From Lingula anatina (taxonomy: Eukaryota; Animalia; Brachiopoda): DNA of 64,000 nt. Numbering within the stretch: the first letter of the stretch is position 1; every line of letters starts with the position of its first letter. A model generated the notes under the pieces. It was not told the DNA's origin, searched no databases, and saw nothing but the letters and a program-made list of their open reading frames with translations. The stretch spans positions 12,896,001-12,960,000 of the forward strand of contig CM120641.1 of NCBI GenBank assembly GCA_051362555.1, written 5' to 3'. Below, piece after piece: positions 25,189 through 40,345 of the stretch. The position numbers and the translations under genes are program-made.

Positions 25189-27563
25189 ATGACGGCCTAT
25201 ATGCCACCAATTTCGAGGAAAAAACGGGTGGAAGCAAAGTTTGAGTAAGTAAATATATATTTTAACATTTGTAGAATTATAGTATTTACTCAGTATTTAT
25301 ATATGTATAACAGTATGTTATTGTTATCTTAATGCTTTACTTCCATAAATAATAATGATATAATTCTTTGTGAATCACAATGGCTGGGCAATAGGTATAT
25401 AATATAGCTAATATGAAACAGATGGATTACAATAAATAAATATAGAACCGCATTATTTAGATAGCAATTTATTGTATTTATAAGCAATCAACCTTTAGCT
25501 ATATATAGCCTTAAAACAAAAGCAGCAGTTTGTTGACAACATGAATATTATTAAAACATGAGGATGCCACCTTGCATATATATATATATATATATATTTA
25601 TGTTGTATAAAATCATAAGCAGCTATTTGATGAAAACAGTTCAAACTTTTGCTTTCATGTGAGACTAATACTTAATTTTCTCATGATTATTAATTACAAT
25701 GTGAGATATTCAGAGTTATTCATTATATCTTTTGAATGTTATGAATTAATTGTAGGGCAGATAAAAACGTTCTTTTTTTTTTTTTTTTTTTTTTGAAAAT
25801 GTAATGCTTATTCTTTGATATATTTTTTGTTTTCTTTTGCCGAGAGTTTTAGCTTTATTTGATTGTTTGACAGGTCCCTTTAGTTTAAGGATAATTTTTT
25901 TAGTCTAAGCAATACATCGCACATGAGATTTATACATTACCAGTACTATATAGCACTTAAAGACTATGTCAGAAATGATGTGGATAATGATTCCTGTTAC
26001 CATGTATAAAGGCATATTAATTCAGCACCTGATATACCTGTAACTGAAACCTAGTTGGGTGAATACACAAACAAGACGCCAAACAATTGAGTAAACTACA
26101 CAAACACGCTTTATATTGTTAAGAAAATAATAACTTTTCAGAGGCACATACAGGCCACTAGGTAAATATAAATATCTTAAGTATTTGAATAGGCTGAGTG
26201 TTTGCATAGGTTTTCTTTTCTAATGAAATACAATTTCCACATAATGTTCATTCTTCCATTTGCAGCCCGAACACTTTTCGCATTTTTGGTGATAAAGGAG
26301 TCACACGGCAACAACCTGAGCCTGTTTATCCAGAAATATCACAATACCATGTTGACTATGATGGGATATGGGCACCTCCTGCCATACCAAGGCCAGTGCC
26401 AGATTACAGAATAAACAGACCGCATGGACTCAGCGCCAGCTTTCTGAGGCATAATTGCAGATTTCTGAATGAGCCCATATGTAATGTTACCACACAGAAT
26501 GTTCATGATGTACAACATGAATGGTACCCTGGTATGCCAGATCCTGTGGAATCTGCTTCCCCAAGAAGAACATTGGATACAACATTTAGATATGACTATA
26601 ACAAACTTGACATCAAAAACCCTGGACTTACAAGGCATGGATGTAATCCTAACACCACTGCAGCTCTTGGCATAGGTATTTAAAATATGTGATTTGATTT
26701 GTAAAAAAAAGTTTTTTTAATTTTTTTAATAAATGAAGAAATATTATTGTTGTAGTGTGTTAAACATTCTTTTAGTATTTTAAGTTGTATTACAGCTTCC
26801 TATCCACATGAAATAACATATGTTCTGTCATGCTAAATGCACTTTTGCTCCTTTGCAGTGCCAGTCAACCCACTTCCAGAGAAAAATGGCTCCCATAGAT
26901 TTTGGAAAGAAAGGATTTCATATGAGCATCAATATAATTCCAGAAAGGATCCGAACTATCCCATAAGAGCAAAGGTAAAATATAATATGTATTAACATCA
27001 ATAAGTATTAAAATAAGAAATTTTGAAATTGTATCAAGGATTACCTTGTGCTCCAGTTGTCTGAAAAAGCAATTGCGCTTTATTGGTCAATATACAATTA
27101 TGTATGAGTCTTCCCTGCAAAATTTGAGAGGTCAAATGCAAAGAAAATAATTGCACCATCTGTTTCCTTATAGCGCCATGGCAGTTTTGTGTGGGACAGC
27201 ATTCCAACAGAGGTTGCAGTGAAATATGCCAATCGACCTGGCTACTCAGCCAGCAGTCCAGTCTATGTCCCCTCCCTCCTTACCAACGAGATGCGTCGTG
27301 AGATGACCATGCCAGCAAACTTGAAAATGGGTCAGTGCAATGGTTCCGCAGGGAGCAGAAATGGTAGTGCCAAATCACGAAGAAGCAGCGTTGGAAGTAA
27401 AAGTGCTGAGAAACAGAAGCAAGGAAAAGACAATGCTATAACTAACACTGTACATAAAGAAACTTCAGCACAGAGGATTGAAGTAAAACCAAGCACAGGA
27501 AAAAGAAAACAAGAAGAACCAGAAGAGAAATTAGATGGCATCCGTAACTTGGATTCTTCATAA
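25189..27563 (+). CDS. CIMIP6: C2orf73/CIMIP6-like ciliary microtubule inner protein. Exons: 25189-25244, 26266-26675, 26859-26974, 27174-27563
   Basis: Spliced protein contains ASFLRHNCRFLNEPIC...GI|VPVNP...ERISYEHQYNSRKDPNYPIRAK|RHGSFVW. This resembles the C2orf73 motif as I recall it ([27 protein letters not shown]). GT-AG junctions, phases consistent. Confidence 0.8.
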
Positions 27564-29722
27564 GAGAAATTATTGTGATGTTGATTTAAGTGTGAAGGTT
27601 TTTTTTATTTCTTGTTTGTTTTCCAATATTTTCATTTCCCACTCATATTCAACCATGGTTTTTATTTCATTCCTGTTGTCTTAGCACTTCTATACATTTA
27701 AAATATAATAGATTGAAAATTTCAATTGGTTAATCCTTCACTGAGGTGAATAAGCAGAGCAAATCATTGTTCTCTAGTCAGTTATCGGTTTGGTAAAATA
27801 CCATCAAAATATGTTAGTTTAAGGTTTTAAAAGTAACTTAAATCAAGCTTAAATGGTTCAAATTTGACAAGAACATATAAATGGAAACAAATGAGATTTC
27901 CAAAATCCCAAACTGTATCAGATTTTATATTAATTGCTCAATTTTTCTGTTATGTAGTTCTTCGTAGACTTATTTGTATGTTTTTCTACTACCAAAAAAT
28001 GAGGTTTTGGGTAAATGTTCTTCCATGCAAAGGGTTTGCTGGTTTGACTTTTTAAATACCTCTTATGCTTTATTGGTCAACACTTATTTATGAAGGAAAT
28101 ACTTTTTAATGTCCTTCTCAAGGGTAAAAATCCTTCCATATTCTCATTTAAAATAACATTATGAAAATACCACCATTTTAGACATATGTATTCAAAATTC
28201 TTCCTTCACAATGTGTGTGATAAAGACAACTGGGCCTACAAAAATCTGGCCACTTTAAATGTTTTAAACTGTCTTTGTACAAATTAATTTTGTGAATTGA
28301 TTAAATAAACCAATCTAAAATACAGTTTTGCTGTTTTGTTTCTATGTGAAAGGTCAACCAGGGAGAAGAGTACTTATACACCTCCAACTCATTTACTAAA
28401 AGGATTCATTTTCAATCTTTTTTCAAGCATTTCACATTTTCTACCAGCTATTTAACTACATATTCAATATTCTACTCACAAGTACAAACAATACAGATGT
28501 CACATATTCAAACAATAACTATGAAACAAATTATTCAATATTGTAATTGTATTAGAAAGGCCACATACAATAGATTTTTATCAATTGGTCCACATTTAAA
28601 CATTTAGATGGAATGTAGATTGTGGTCACACATCAATTCTGTTGGTCACAGATTCCTTTTAAATATGCATAAAACAACTGATTAGACCCAACAATATTTG
28701 TAACTATTGCCAAAGATCACAGCAAATGCATTTGCAAGGTCTTCTTACTGAATTAAATGATAACAATGCCAATACTGTAAACATAATTGGTCCCAATGTT
28801 TTTGGAATGTTTCATATAGCACAGAGAGGAAATACTTCTATCATTTTTTTTCTTGCATCTGGATATCTGGTCCCGTTATCAGATGCAACAAGTATCCACA
28901 TAAATATGTCTACATACTGTGACAAATATATTTTACATGTATTTCTATCACAATAATATACAAGTAACAAACTGTACACTACAGAGGGAAGCCACATGCC
29001 ACCTACAGTGCTTTGCTTAAATATATCCCCCCAAATACCATTAAGAGTCATTTCTAAAAAAATGTACGACTTAAAAAAGTTATATAATATATTTACAGGG
29101 ATTGCATAAGTTTAATCTAAAGTAACCTAGTCCTCATTTTCATGTCAGTAAATAAGAGAAGGGATGCTTCTAATAAAACCATCACAGTAAATAGTTAACC
29201 ATACATGGTATTTAGGCATTAATTTTAACTGTGGTCTTATCAAAAAGGTACAAATATATATATTAAGCACTAAAAAACATGATATTGTCAATATATCTCA
29301 AGATCTATAAAGCAAGATGTCACAGATATTTATTGTTAAGAGATGCTACAGAAGATCACTAAATAACCAAATTATCAAATAAGTCCATCAATAATGAAAT
29401 ACTATATTAGATCAAATAGCTTTTGGTCAAAACATATTGTATATTTTAAAGGGTATCAAAAGCCACAATATTTACAGATGATAATTAATCACTAATCTAC
29501 TATAATATCTTAACTGTTACACACAAACTGGTCCATCTGCAGTGCATGTCAACTTGTCATAGCTTTAAATGAACAAGTCTGTTGATCACAACAGTTCTCA
29601 TATCATTAATTCTCATATACATCAATGATTATGTGGTTTTGCATTTGATGAAATCCTTCACATATTTTTTTTCTTTCTTCTTGTGCACAAGTTTCATAAA
29701 TTTCATTTTCTTAAAAAAAGTG

Positions 29723-32700
29723 CTACTCCCTGATATCAAACAGTTTGATAACTCTCACTGCTCCTTCTGGATGGACGCGAGTGACGTGCTTGATGCAATT
29801 ACCACGTAGGTTTGTGCGGTGGTCACAGTAAGGACACTGGAAAGGCTTGGCATTCACCATCTCGTGCATGATACGAAGATGCTGGCGTAATCTTCTTGCA
29901 GTCTAGAATTAGTCAATAATACACTCAGAAATGTTTAATAAAAATTCAAAGTAAGCCACATGATTTCACAGAAATGGTCAAATAAAAGAAAAAGTAAAAT
30001 ATTATATGAAATATTTTTCACATTACTTTGCACAAAAAAAAATTGTTTCTCAATTTTAACAAATTAAATCAATTTGTATTTACTATTTCAACATCAATTA
30101 CAGAATATTTTTGCATTATTAAGATTTAAGTTTTTTACACAATAAATCAGAAATCCTATTTCTACAAACAAGAAAATATAAAAGAAATACACACCTTTGT
30201 CTTGAAACTACATTCTGGGCACTCAAATGGTTGCTCACTGGAATGTACTGTTAGGTGAGCCTTTAGCTGATAGGGCAAACGGAATTCTTTTTTGCAGATG
30301 TGGCATATATGGTCTTTACCTGAATAATAAAAAAAACAGATTGATGTTCAACAAATCAACAGAATCACTTCTTATGCTAAATAAGACACAAGCATTACAA
30401 CCAAGCTAAATATCTTATATGAAAACTTCAGGCAACTGAAATTTTGGAAGCTGCCTTTAAGAGGATTCTTGATTTGCACCCAAAAAGAGGTATAGTGACT
30501 GTGTCTACACACACTTCAAATTTGTCTTTCCATTCATTGTGTAACTCTACTTTCTACTTTTTGGTAACTAAGGTCCTTTTCACAGAGTGGTACATTTAAA
30601 CTAATTCTCAATGAGATGTCATTAAGTGATATAACAGGGATTTTAACTCCCTTTTCACAAGTTTATCTCCTGGCATTTAGTTAACCAACTGGCCAGTTCA
30701 AGTGCTGGGCTCCATACAACACTGTATGAAATAGCCAAGCTATAAAGTTGTCAATCTCTCAAACTGAGACCAGTCCAGTTAAATGTACCACTCATCATGG
30801 AAAGGGCCAAAAATGCTATGATAAAATATGGTGAATACTCACTTGGCTTATGTATTGTGACGTGTTTCTTCATTATGGCTCTCACAATAGTCTTATAGCC
30901 ACACATACTGCAAACGTATACTTCTTTATCTGGAGTCTGAACTTCATGTCTACAGAACAAATGGTCTAAAAGAAAAGAGAAATGTATAATAATAATTTTC
31001 AACCATTAAAAAGAATAAATACTAATAGGCATACTACAGATGTTACTATATATAAGGAAAACTTGCTCTGACTGTAACTTTCAATTAATTCAATATCAAA
31101 ATTAATATCCATATTAGAAGAAAGTATGTATTGACAGATTACAGATTATAAACATTTGCAAGAAGATCCATTAAAGCCCACTCTTTTAGTCTAAAATGAG
31201 AAATTGATTATATATCACATCATCTAACTGAAAAAATTGTTAGTAGAAAACTTCATGCCATCATAAACATTTAGTTAACATTCCAGCAACTTGGAAACAA
31301 GTTAATAATGCATGCTAGTATAAACATTATTTTCATGTAACTGTATTAAAACTATTTTTCCCTACAACTATTTCATTGACAACTTATTTCAACCAAGCCA
31401 ATGCTTTACACCATGCAGAGCACACTAAAAACTTGTTTTTTTTATATATATATTTTAAAAATATAAAATTTAAAGTTAATGCCTATGAAATATATCAACT
31501 TTTACCAAACTAAAGGTGAGGTAAAACTTTAAACAAAAAATCCTACTCTTTTGGACATCTCATAAAAAGGTGACCAATACTAAAACACACTCATAAATAA
31601 AAATCTTATCATCTGAAGAAAAATTGTTTAACTGGCTTTTCATGCAGTTTGACAAATATCTGGGTGCATGCCACTCATGACATGCAGCACATTAAACAAG
31701 ACTTTGATGTAATGCTGATACAATGACTTACTTACTCTAAATATAACAAGCTTTGCACTGCACATCTTTAATTTCAAATTCAAAATAGTCTCTGTTTCAG
31801 TCTATATTTCAAGCTCAGCCATAATGCAGGGCATTGAAAAAAAAACAAAAAGACAAACTTTCCATCTTTTATGATAAATGTTTCTAAATGGGTGCAAGCA
31901 ATACAAGCTCTATTGTAAAACTTCCATGCAAGTTAACATTTCTGAACTGACCTTTCAGCAATAGCTGTTGGGGTTTACTGGTTGGTATCTATTTTAAATT
32001 TTCTAATATAAAAAAATAAATTCCATAGAATTTAATATTCTTAAATGTAAAAATAAGTTATTCATATAGGGTCAAAGGTTTCCTTGAAAAAAAAGAATAA
32101 TACTCACCTTCAAATTTTAATTTCTATTCGAACCAATGGTCATTATTCATTTTAAAATGCTTTAATAGCCAAAATATATTGAATACAACTGAAACTTATA
32201 ACTTACTTTTTATTTCACTAAATTATATGAATTCTTGAAAGGGTAACAAAAAAGAATTTTGTCAACATGATACAGACTCATCTGAATTTAAGTCATGAAA
32301 CCTCAAAACGCACCTTAGTCTATCTTTTATTACACTTTTGTTTAGAGTTGTTTAGATGAGCAAAACTTAAGTTGCTCAATAGTAGCTAGAGGGCATCTTT
32401 CATATCTTTTGACACAATCTATCAAAATAATATCTTAAACTTTATTTAAAAGATTACAATAATCTACACTGTAAAAACATGATAGCATGCAATCATGTCT
32501 TCAAAAGTGTTTACACCTGCAAAAGTCTGAAAGCTTGATATGCAGGCCCGTGGCCAGCAATTTCAAAAGGGGGGTTCTTTTTCTGAAAAAATGGACCTTT
32601 TCCCATAAAAACTTCATGTACCTAGATCAAATCTTACCCAGAGTGGACCTTTTCCCAGCAAAAGGGGCGGTTCTTTCAAACCCCCGAACCTCCCCTGGCT

Positions 32701-35700
32701 ACGGGCCTGATATGTGTATGCGTGTGTGAGAGAGAGAGAGGTGGGGGAGATTTTCTTAAAATCAAATAATAGCAAAAGCTAGTCCAACACCTTCCAAGCA
32801 TACCAATGTCCCTTCAAGTAAAACAGAAAGTGGGTAGGTATCTAAGCCTCTATTTCAATTTTAGACATAATCATTAAAACATGAATTAGTCAACCATAAT
32901 TTTCACATTTTTAAATTTTATAATCAGTATGAATGACCCACTCCCAAAACAATTAAGCAGGCTGATTTTGAGATATACTGAGTGTTAATTTATTACAATT
33001 ATTTCAAATTTAAAAAGAATTATTTCTACTTTTTAAAATTAATTATATTTGCATCGACATGTACAGTCTTAAATTGTACGATCAAATTCAGTTTGTAGAA
33101 TTGATGCATAAATGGTTTCCATGATACAGAAAATCAAGTATGTTATAATTCAAAATGTTAGCTTCTAACGACTGAAAAACCATTATTACCACACTGATAT
33201 TACAGTGTCTCATGGGGGGGATCTTAAAAATAGTGGTCATGAGAATCACATAAAAAAGGGGCAAACAACTTCCAGGTCTCTCACTGTTTACATATTGGTT
33301 CTTTTTCTAAACCCCAAATTCAGAATTTGAGGAAACCAATGTTAGATGTCATGGTCTCGCACTGCTTGGAATATGTGTAAAATCCATAGAAGCCCAGTTT
33401 ACTATGTGATGACCACAGTGTAAGTATTCTTGTCTGCAGCATGGTAGCTGGTGTGACACTCCTTCCAAATATTTGGGTGTGTGCTGTGTGCTTTTCAATT
33501 TCTACACTAGAAAATAGAGCTACATGTATACCTGACAGAGCTTTCGATCACATCCATGATCTTCTTCAGTGTGATGTCATATGGGATGATCACTGCTCAC
33601 CAGTGCTTTGGTGATTGTGGTGTCCCAAATGTGTGACAATTGGTGCCTCCCCCCATCTCTGTTCAAGCTTGGGTTATGTGCCCTGATGTAAATGGCCTCC
33701 TTAACCCCCCCTTTCATACCAAGAAGGTCATTTCAAAAGCTCTGTCAGGTAAAGCTCTACTTTCTAGTGTAGAAATTGAAAAGTTTAATACTTGAATCAT
33801 AACATACGACTACTCAGATGAATTTCCATTGGGTAGGTAAGCAGATAACAGTTCACAATTTCCTTGCAGAACTCCTGACCACTAATTTTATGATCACGCT
33901 ATGATATTGTGGTTTGAGTCATTAATTCCCTGTGCACGATGACAAAACCGAGGCCCAAGATCACGAACAGCTTATTCTTTTACAAGGTCTGTAGAAGAAC
34001 CTATCACTATAATTTTAATTTTAAAACACAGCTTAAAATACTTAAGATATTTTATGCATATACTGTATGTTAAATACTCACTTCTCAAAGCCATATCTTC
34101 ATTTGTCTTGTAGTCACAATAGTCACAGCACAAAAACTTTCCCTTCCCGCAGATTCTCTCATGCTTTCTTATTGCAGATGTTGATCTGAACTTCTTCATG
34201 CATTGTTTGCAATCATAAATCTTCACCTCCCTATGGGAATGCCATGTCTTTAAATGATGTTTCAAGTTCCTTTCATGCAAAATAAAATGAAATGACATTA
34301 AACTTACGTAAACCTACATTATGAAAGGAGGATAATATGCTAAGATGGATTACCACTTTACGATTTCTGTGAACATGTATTTCACTATCACTTTCATTTT
34401 TTCTTAATTGTTGTAATTTTGAGGAATCAAGGTAGACATACCAAGCAATTCAGCACAAGGAATACCAAAGAGTGGAAGGCATTCTTCAAAAAACCAATAG
34501 CAATTACAGACTAAAGTCACTAAGATAAGAGCAATTATTAGTTTCATTAGGCATTATTAGTTTCACCGATCCCAATTAAGGCAGATTTTAAATCCACACG
34601 GGGCCAGTCCTAAGTGGGTATTATCCACAGAATAATTTGTTGCCATATGTGATCAACCCATGAGTGCTGGGCCTGTGGATTTAAAACCAGCCTGAAGTGG
34701 GACCTGGCCTGCGACATGTACTTTAAACAATGTGCAATTCAATCACTTACAATAAATAAAATCACGAAATGTACTGAATAATTTTCAAAGGAATTCTTTT
34801 TACCTTAATGTTTTAAATTTTTTGTCACATTGTTGACAAGAAAGCTCACTTCTGTCCTGATGCCGAAGCAGCAGATGACTGGTTATATTTGCTGGCATGT
34901 AAGTAACATAGCTACATCCCAGTACTGGACACCATATAGCCTCTTTCATCTTTGTACCATGACTCTTTGCCAAGTGCCTTTGGAGGGTATGTTTTCCCTG
35001 AGAAGTGCTCTTGCTCTTGAAGCTGCATCCTTTAACGGGGCATGTAGCTGGCATTCTGCAAACAATGTGGTGTTTAAGATGATGTAGGAAGGCCACATAG
35101 CTGGATGTTTTAAAGTCTGGGCATGCCTTACAAGTGTATTCTCTATGATGCTCTGCTTTAATGTGATCCTGGACAGTCCAAAAGTCACCATATGTGAACT
35201 CGCACAAGTCAAATGGACAGAAATGCACTATCTGCCCATGCAGACTAAGAAAGTGATTTTGGAAAAGTTCTTTGTTCTGGAACTTTTTTTCACAGTGGAT
35301 GCACTTAACCTTTTGACCTTGAAATTTCTTTCCTAATCCATGTAATCTTGCTTGGTGAAGGATCAAGTCTTTCCTACACTTCAATTTGGTCAAACAAAAT
35401 TCACATGTAATCTTGCCTGATGCCTTGGGACGTAAATTCATCTTGAGTGCTCTTTCTGTTGGTTCTTGAGATACTGTGGCAGAGCTCTTATGGGTGTGAC
35501 AAAGTTTCCGGTGAAATTTCAAATCTCGCCACTTTCGAAAGGTTTTCAAGCACTGCATACAACTCACTTTTCTTCTGACAAATAGGAAAGTTTTTTTGTT
35601 ACTTCCCTCTTGTTTTATTGCCTTTAGATAATGCCGCCTTAGACTGAATCTATTTGTGCTAAAGAACCACTTGTGCTTTTGCTGCTGATGCAAATGGTAG

Positions 35701-38700
35701 GCCTGTGGATGCTTAAAGTCTTCCAAACAGTAACCACATGTATATTTGACAGCATTGTTTGGGTGTTTCCCAACAAACTTACTATTGGAAGATTGAAATA
35801 GTTTGCTTTCAGCTGCTGACTTTGAGTTTTTGGTTTGTCCCTTCTTGAAATGATCTGACATTTGCACTGTGTTTCCCTTCAATCTGGACCCTTTTGAAAT
35901 CAATGAAGGTGCCCCTTGTGTTGTGGTGACCAGCTGCTCAAATAATGATGATAACCTTGATTCGGATGATGAATTCTGAGGAATGCCTGTATTTAACAGA
36001 TTCCTAATGGCTCCAGTTTTAGGTCTCATTACACGATTCTTTTGTGTGTGTGACCTTGACATCATATCATGTGCAGAATTTTCCACCGTTTCAGGTGGCA
36101 GTTCTTCAACAACTCTTACTTTTATTACACTCCCCTGGTCATCAACTAATTCTATGGTTGGTTTCACATCTAATAAAGAGGAAGGGTCTGTGTCCTGTGC
36201 CTCGGCACCAAATAAATGAGAAAGGTCTGGTTTAATATCTAGATCTTGATCTACGTAGGCATTATGGCTCAAAGTACTTTGATTGTTTCCTCCATTGAAC
36301 TGATCGGGTATATTTTTGTCTGCAACTGCAGCTTCGTACTCAGAAGTGTCAGGCTCAGTTTTTACATTAACCACTTCAAATTCAGGAATATCCATGTAAT
36401 CTTTCAGTAGTGGACTGACCGAACTTGCATCCCCCTTTTCCTGATCTGTTTGTTTGCTTTCAATGCTTTGAGGGGCTGCTGCTTTAGAAGACAATGCTTG
36501 ATGCCATACATCTGTGATGCTTCGAACTGTTTTTGATGTAGTTCCCACTGCCTTTGATTCACCATTCAACATGGATGCCACACCTTGTACTGTCTTACTG
36601 ATATCTTTGGTTGTAAAATTTGTTGTGGCCTTAACAACACTTGATGTAGTTTGACTACTGCTTGATGTGGCTTCCCGGGAATCAACCGATTTCTCTGGCA
36701 TCACCGTTTTCAGGACGTCTTGAGAAATGCGTTGCAGAAGGACTCTCGGTTCACCAATCATGTCACAATCAGGCACTGTGACTTTCTTTGGAACCAATGG
36801 TGGCAATGTTCCAGGTGCCTTTCTCTTTTTATGTGGCTTGATGGCTAGGACTGGAGGCTGACGTGTGCTCAAATAAGTCACTGTATCTAATCTGGGGGCT
36901 AGTGCAGTGCTTTTTTTACTTTCTTCCACTGGGCTGAGACGTGACTGTGCAGTTGACAATTTGACCACACTACTCTGGTTGGCAGAAGCAGGTACACTGA
37001 AGGACATTGGCATATTAGATATCAAGGTACCAACCATGTTGCCTGAGTTAACACGAGACGGACCATTCAGCTGAAATAAAGGGGGAGTCTGCACAGGATG
37101 AGCCACAGAGTTATTGCTAGCGCCAACAGATTTCAAAGGTTGAGGATAATTCACAGGTACCATGATCGTCTTTGTTAAATTTCCCAAGGTTGCTGGGGGC
37201 GTGGCAGCACCTTCATGACCAGGGAACTGAACAGGTAATACTGAAGGCTGTGTTCCCGAGGGCAATGCACCTATTGTTTTGAAAACCACTGAAGATGGAT
37301 TGGTCATCACCTGACTTCCAGTTGGTGCTTTTTCTGCTGATGTTGCTGTGCCACCTGCAGCATTTATCAGTGGCGGCATGGTCACTGGAACAACTTTCAG
37401 AATGGGGGTTAGTGTCTTGGACAGCAGGGATGTCGTCAAAGGTAGGATGTGAGTGTTCAGGTTGGCAGAACCTGCTGGGGGTGGTGGAGTTTTAAGGAAT
37501 TTTGTGTTCAAGTTGAAAGTACTTTGTGACTGGACCAACCTACGTTTGCTATCACTCATTAAAATTTTATTTCCAACTTCTGCAACTGGCATTATCTTTT
37601 CTAATCTCTTTTCATCTTCTTTCTTTGTTTGTTTTCTGAATTCATTACAAATGGAAATTGCAGAATGCACAATTAATCTATTAGCTGCATTCGAAATTTC
37701 AACTATATTTTCTTCTCTGAGGGACAGCTTTTTCCCATAGATAAAATTTAAGACTGCAGACAATCCTTCTGATGTTAAATCAGGAAATAAGTAGTCATTC
37801 GCCAAAATCCCCATTTTCAACAGTGTTCCAAAATATTCTGAAAAAGTTACTAGCAGCACCTGCAAAGAAAAAAATTAAAAACTTTCTCAACATGTTATTT
37901 AGCACAAGAAAGTTATATTTAAAATGAATGACAATTGGGCTTCATTTTTTGAAACTATAAAGTAAAAATATTAAATAAATGATATTATAATTGTTTCCAT
38001 GCCAAAAGCTTACATGGACATCCTTATATTTCGAGAGTTTATTGCTCAAGGGTACGATATTTCGAAGACTGTAGGAGCCAAGTTTAAAAAAATCTAACAT
38101 TGTTCTGAGTGCTCTATAGTCCCAATGGTGGAGGGTCCGATATTCTGAATACTTCTTAGTCTGAGGATCTGTTATTTAGAAAGAGGTTATTGATACGGTA
38201 GCTGCACTTAAAGGAAATGGTAGTACATTTGCATGTATGTGATTTGCATATTTGTTTAATTCAAAATGTATCTACAATTAAGTTGGAATTTATTCAAATA
38301 TACATTAGCATGGCAGGCTGTGGATTTCATCCACAATAACCTCTCTTTCCTAATTTGAATATACACATATACACATGGATCCATCTACTATTATAGTTAC
38401 ATTTCTATCATTTGCCTATTATTTTGCAACATGTGTGTATTAGTAAATCGGTATATTCACAATCTTGTTGCCTGAACTCATACTTCGCCTCATATACTCA
38501 TCCCTCAGAACAAAAGACCATCAGAACAAGCCCTTTGAATATGGCACCCAATCTAAAAAAAATCTCACTTTTCCAAATAACAATTTGACTTACCTTGTGT
38601 GTCTTAAATGTACTGGCTGGGCTATTATCTGTTTTGGTTCGCAATGTCATATCACACAGTAAACCATCTTCTCGCAGTTGTGCCATATGTTGAATTAAAT

Positions 38701-40345
38701 GTTGATCACCGTGACTTTCATTTTTTGCCTCAGTTTCTGATTTTGCATCTGAAAAAAAAATGAAAATATCTATATTACCAACTTGCTACATATAAATAAA
38801 ATTTTAACTAATTACATGAAAAAGTCTTGGTAGAACAGGTTTTGCTGACAAAAATACTAAGTTCCAGTGATATTGTGCAATTTTCTTCTCAAAACTATAA
38901 AAAAGGTTTTTGGGCAATTTTTATGCAATATTACATAATGTCTCATGGTTCTTCTCTACATGGGTTTAAAAATGCCTTTCAGTCATACTTGTATCCTGCA
39001 GAGCTTCCTACATTTCTAAATACAGACCTTATGACAATAAAACAACTTAAATAAAAGTCAACTGATCATGATCATCCCAATCATCCCAGCTGGGGGCTGA
39101 ACTTGGCCATGGTGACTGCAACATAACATCTATTACTCCCTTGTTATGATCACAAACTTTAAAGGAATTGAAAACAGTACACAATGATAACTTTCACAGG
39201 GAGCTAAGTTCATTGGTATACATGTATATTATAATGCTGTACAATAGGGTAGAAGTTTTGTATGGCAGTCAAGTGAAGAGATTGTATCTGGTAATTATAT
39301 TTTCAAATGAGGTTTCCAAAGTAATGTATTTACCACCAGTTGCACTTGCAATGACTGCAGATCTTATAGAAGAAACTAGTTCCTGGGGCACCCATTTCAC
39401 AAAATTCTCTTTAGCTAATGATCAATGGTTATCCTCTCATTAGTTAGGAGTGCCATTTCATGAAACTATTGCCAGTTCTCTCCTTTGACCATCAGCAAAC
39501 CTTTGAGTTTTATCACACCCATGCATAATAGATGTAATAAAAAAGGTTGCTTAATACTGGTACTCTGTTTTGTCTTTATAAAATATGGCAGATGCCTGTG
39601 TCATTTGTGTGGCCAAATGCATCAGCTGTAAGCAAAGGAGTGTTCTTTGTAGGTTTCTACTCTTCCATTATTGTCTGTGTGACCTTCATTTTAACCTGAT
39701 TACTTAAACATTTTGACATTTTTTCTCTTTACTGGTGTTTCAAGGCCATTTTCTTTGCATAGGTTTACATAAATTAAATTCTTCGGGTATCTTTTCAAAG
39801 AAAAAATAATCAGTATCATAAAAGATACAGAGACAAGTGAAAATACTTGGTAAAAAAAGAGGCGTGTATTTGTCCAGGCATGTTTGACAAAGAGTTATAA
39901 AACAAATTATAATAGGTTGGCAAAAAAATATTTTTTTTTTTTATTTTAAACTGCACCTTCTTCAAACTTCTGATCATTAATTTGGCACATATATCTCTCC
40001 TTCCAGTTTTAAGTCTGCCAAATGGCTTATTTATGTGTGATTCATTACAGCTTTTTTTTAGTGGTTTTGTTGTTCTTAAGGTCTGCATTAGGAAAGGAAA
40101 GCATATGCACCTGTAAAGGATATAAAGACGAAGAAAACTGGACTCTGGTATATTTTTAATTAAAAAGATCTGCATGGACTGTCTGATATTAATATTACTG
40201 CAAAGCATATGTGAGAAAAAAAAACAAAAAGCTTCCCATTTTGGGAATCTACACTACCTATTTTTGAACCAAGTGGGACTCCCTCATCATGCATATCTTT
40301 TGTCATATGGCTATCCTTCTTCTCTAACTTACTTTCTTCCTCCAT
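29723..40345 (-). CDS. BTB/POZ + multi-C2H2 zinc-finger protein (paralog 1). Exons (minus): 40258-40345 (likely start), [39334-39414 possible], 38594-38748, 34804-37859, 34082-34269, 30843-30965, 30195-30319, 29723-29902
   Basis: BTB: LREDGLLCDMTLRT..FKTHK|VLLVTFSEYF..LSAVLNFIYGKKLSLREENIVEISNAANRL. A long S/T/P-rich linker is followed by many CxxC..HxxxH fingers. Last exon TARRLRQHLRIMHEMVNAKPFQCPYCDH...DIRE*. The 5'-most exons are less certain. Confidence 0.88.
32543..32709. mobile_element. Small non-autonomous DNA transposon (hAT-like termini) with 5-bp TSD
   Basis: ATATG-CAGGCCCGTGGCCAG ... CTGGCTACGGGCCTG-ATATG: 15-bp TIR with one mismatch and an ATATG duplication. Confidence 0.8.
33491..33783. 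mobile_element. MITE-like element with ~50-bp inverted termini
   Basis: ttttcaatttctacactagaaaatagagct...acctgacagagcttt versus aaagctctgtcaggt..agctctactttctagtgtagaaattgaaaa. Confidence 0.7.
34568..34706. repeat. Short palindromic/MITE-like hairpin
   Basis: tcccaattaaggcagattttaaatccacacgggccag versus ctgggcctgtggatttaaaaccagcctgaagtggga. Confidence 0.6.
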
